Shown in pieces: positions 62,610-64,000 of a DNA stretch of 64,000 nucleotides (the stretch's first letter is position 1; each line of letters starts with the position of its first letter). The DNA is taken from positions 352,001 to 416,000 of the forward strand of contig CAVYYI010000001.1 of the NCBI GenBank assembly GCA_963772725.1, written 5' to 3'. Both the position numbers and the translations under genes were made by a program. The notes under the pieces are model-generated. The model worked only from the letters and a program-made list of their open reading frames with translations. It had not been told where the DNA came from and did no database searches. The stretch comes from an uncultured Phycisphaerales bacterium (GTDB lineage: Bacteria > Planctomycetota > Phycisphaerae > Sedimentisphaerales > Anaerobacaceae).

Positions 62610-63593
62610 ATGGCTGATTCCGTACCTCGAAAAAAGAAGAAAAAACACAGTCTGCTGTTTGACTGGCTGGTGTATATCGCTCTGCGTATAGCGGTGGTCT
62701 TTCTTTATTTATTCAGTATCGAAACCAATCTGCGAACGGCCCGTTTCATCGGATTGCTGTTATGGAAATACTATCATCGCGGCAGGCTGCGTGCGTTGGA
62801 AAATCTTCGCGCGAGTTTTCCTGAAAAGGATGAAAAGTGGATTTGGCAAACAGGTGAGAAAAGCTTTGAAAACCTGGCGATGCTGGCGATAGATGTTCTG
62901 TTCACCCCACGGCTGGTAAGAAAATATAACTTGCGTGAATATTCACGCTGGAAAAATGCTGAGCGAATCAAGTGGATGATGAAGGAGGGCGGCCTGATTA
63001 TGGTAACAGGCCATTACGGAAATTTCGAGATTATCGGTTATCTTATGGGCCTGTTCGGATTCAGTATTTACGCGATTGCCAGACCCCTCGATAATAAGTT
63101 CATAAACAAATATCTCTACAGTGTCCGTGAGCGGTTTGGCCAGAAGATAATCGACAAAAAAGGCGCGGCGGAACTTATGAATGAAATCGCCTCAAGCGGG
63201 GCGACCCTCGGTTTTATTGCCGACCAGGACGCGGGTAAAAAAGGAATCTTTGTAGATTTCTTTGGCCGAAAGGCAAGCACCTATAAAAGTATAGGCCTGC
63301 TGGCGATTACGTATAATATGCCGATAGTTGTCGGCTACTGCCGGAGAATTGATAACCGGTTCTATTTCGAGTTCTGTCCGACTCGCATTATAATGCCATC
63401 GGAATGGGCAGACAAAGGCGATGCCCTGTTTTGGATTACGCAGGAATATACCAAAGCTATCGAAAATTTTGTGCGGGAAGACCCGACGCAGTACTGGTGG
63501 CTGCACAGAAGATGGAAGCATCGCCCCAAAGACGAATTAAAACAGCAATCTCAACCTGCTCCCGTTTTGCAGTTCGATTTCCCGTCAACATAA
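62610..63593 (+). CDS. lipid A lauroyl/late acyltransferase (LpxL/HtrB family)
   Basis: TGHYGNFE, RPLDNK, IADQDAG, VDFFGRKA and PTQYWWLHRRWK. Confidence 0.9.
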   Translation: MADSVPRKKKKKHSLLFDWLVYIALRIAVVFLYLFSIETNLRTARFIGLLLWKYYHRGRLRALENLRASFPEKDEKWIWQTGEKSFENLAMLAIDVLFTPRLVRKYNLREYSRWKNAERIKWMMKEGGLIMVTGHYGNFEIIGYLMGLFGFSIYAIARPLDNKFINKYLYSVRERFGQKIIDKKGAAELMNEIASSGATLGFIADQDAGKKGIFVDFFGRKASTYKSIGLLAITYNMPIVVGYCRRIDNRFYFEFCPTRIIMPSEWADKGDALFWITQEYTKAIENFVREDPTQYWWLHRRWKHRPKDELKQQSQPAPVLQFDFPST

Positions 63594-63609
63594 TTAAGGA
63601 ACAGCATAA

Positions 63610-64000
63610 ATGTTTAATTTTTATGAACAGCCGTGGACGCTGCTGAGTCTGGCGATTATTGGTTTACTGGTAATGCTGATGATTCGCCGAATCTTACCCG
63701 ATAAGAGGCGATGGTGGCAACTGGCTTTGCCGCTGTTCATCGCCGCTCTTGGTTTTTCTCTCGATTATTTTGTTCAGACCGACCAGGAGAAAATAAACGC
63801 AGTTCTGATGAAATCTGCAAAGGCGGTCGAGACCCACAACCCCGGGGCTATTGCGCCGCTTATTACCGAGGATTACAAGGATTCTTTTCACCGCACCAAG
63901 AGAAGCCTGCTGCTCGATTGCCAAACATGGTTCTCTGAGCCTCTTGTATATGAGGCTATTATAAGGGAGGTATCAATCGAGATTACTCCTCCAAAGGCGA
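63610..64000 (+). CDS. hypothetical membrane protein (runs off the window)
   Basis: MFNFYEQPWTLLSLAIIGLLVMLMIRR...VQTDQEKI..., open to the window end; AAGGAA RBS. Confidence 0.75.
   Translation, partial: MFNFYEQPWTLLSLAIIGLLVMLMIRRILPDKRRWWQLALPLFIAALGFSLDYFVQTDQEKINAVLMKSAKAVETHNPGAIAPLITEDYKDSFHRTKRSLLLDCQTWFSEPLVYEAIIREVSIEITPPKA

Overview
This is a chromosomal window from a probably anaerobic planctomycete. The 16S signatures and gene style point to Phycisphaerae/Sedimentisphaerales, which is an inference. Core content: miaB (partial), nagD-like HAD, a stand-alone 16S rRNA gene with no linked 23S, a GT3-like glycogen synthase, queF/queC/queE, tRNA-Leu(GAG), an MNT-HEPN toxin-antitoxin pair, smc, an FlgI-HEAT lipoprotein, a RACo/ASKHA protein, an ECF sigma unit and a multiheme cytochrome fusion. 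It continues with the leuA-C-D-B operon, two TMTC-like TPR membrane proteins, a flagellar-remnant regulatory cluster (flgB-like, flhG, fliA, MerR, GGDEF), a moxR-Bat operon, a deoxyhypusine synthase-like gene and ornithine decarboxylase split by an AT-rich islet, PFOR, a Tat sulfatase and lpxL. Most notable: (1) a 2.7-kb cassette inside the leu operon, bounded by inverted arrays of 7-bp repeats and carrying a four-helix-bundle gene, a DUF1877 gene and a nested IS with a 10-bp target duplication; (2) an unannotated Leu-rich leader peptide; (3) an internally deleted IS630; (4) a candidate HEPN defence gene; (5) a candidate sRNA. About 20 single-base indels break otherwise intact genes, ten of them +1 shifts in PFOR; these are most likely sequencing or assembly errors.
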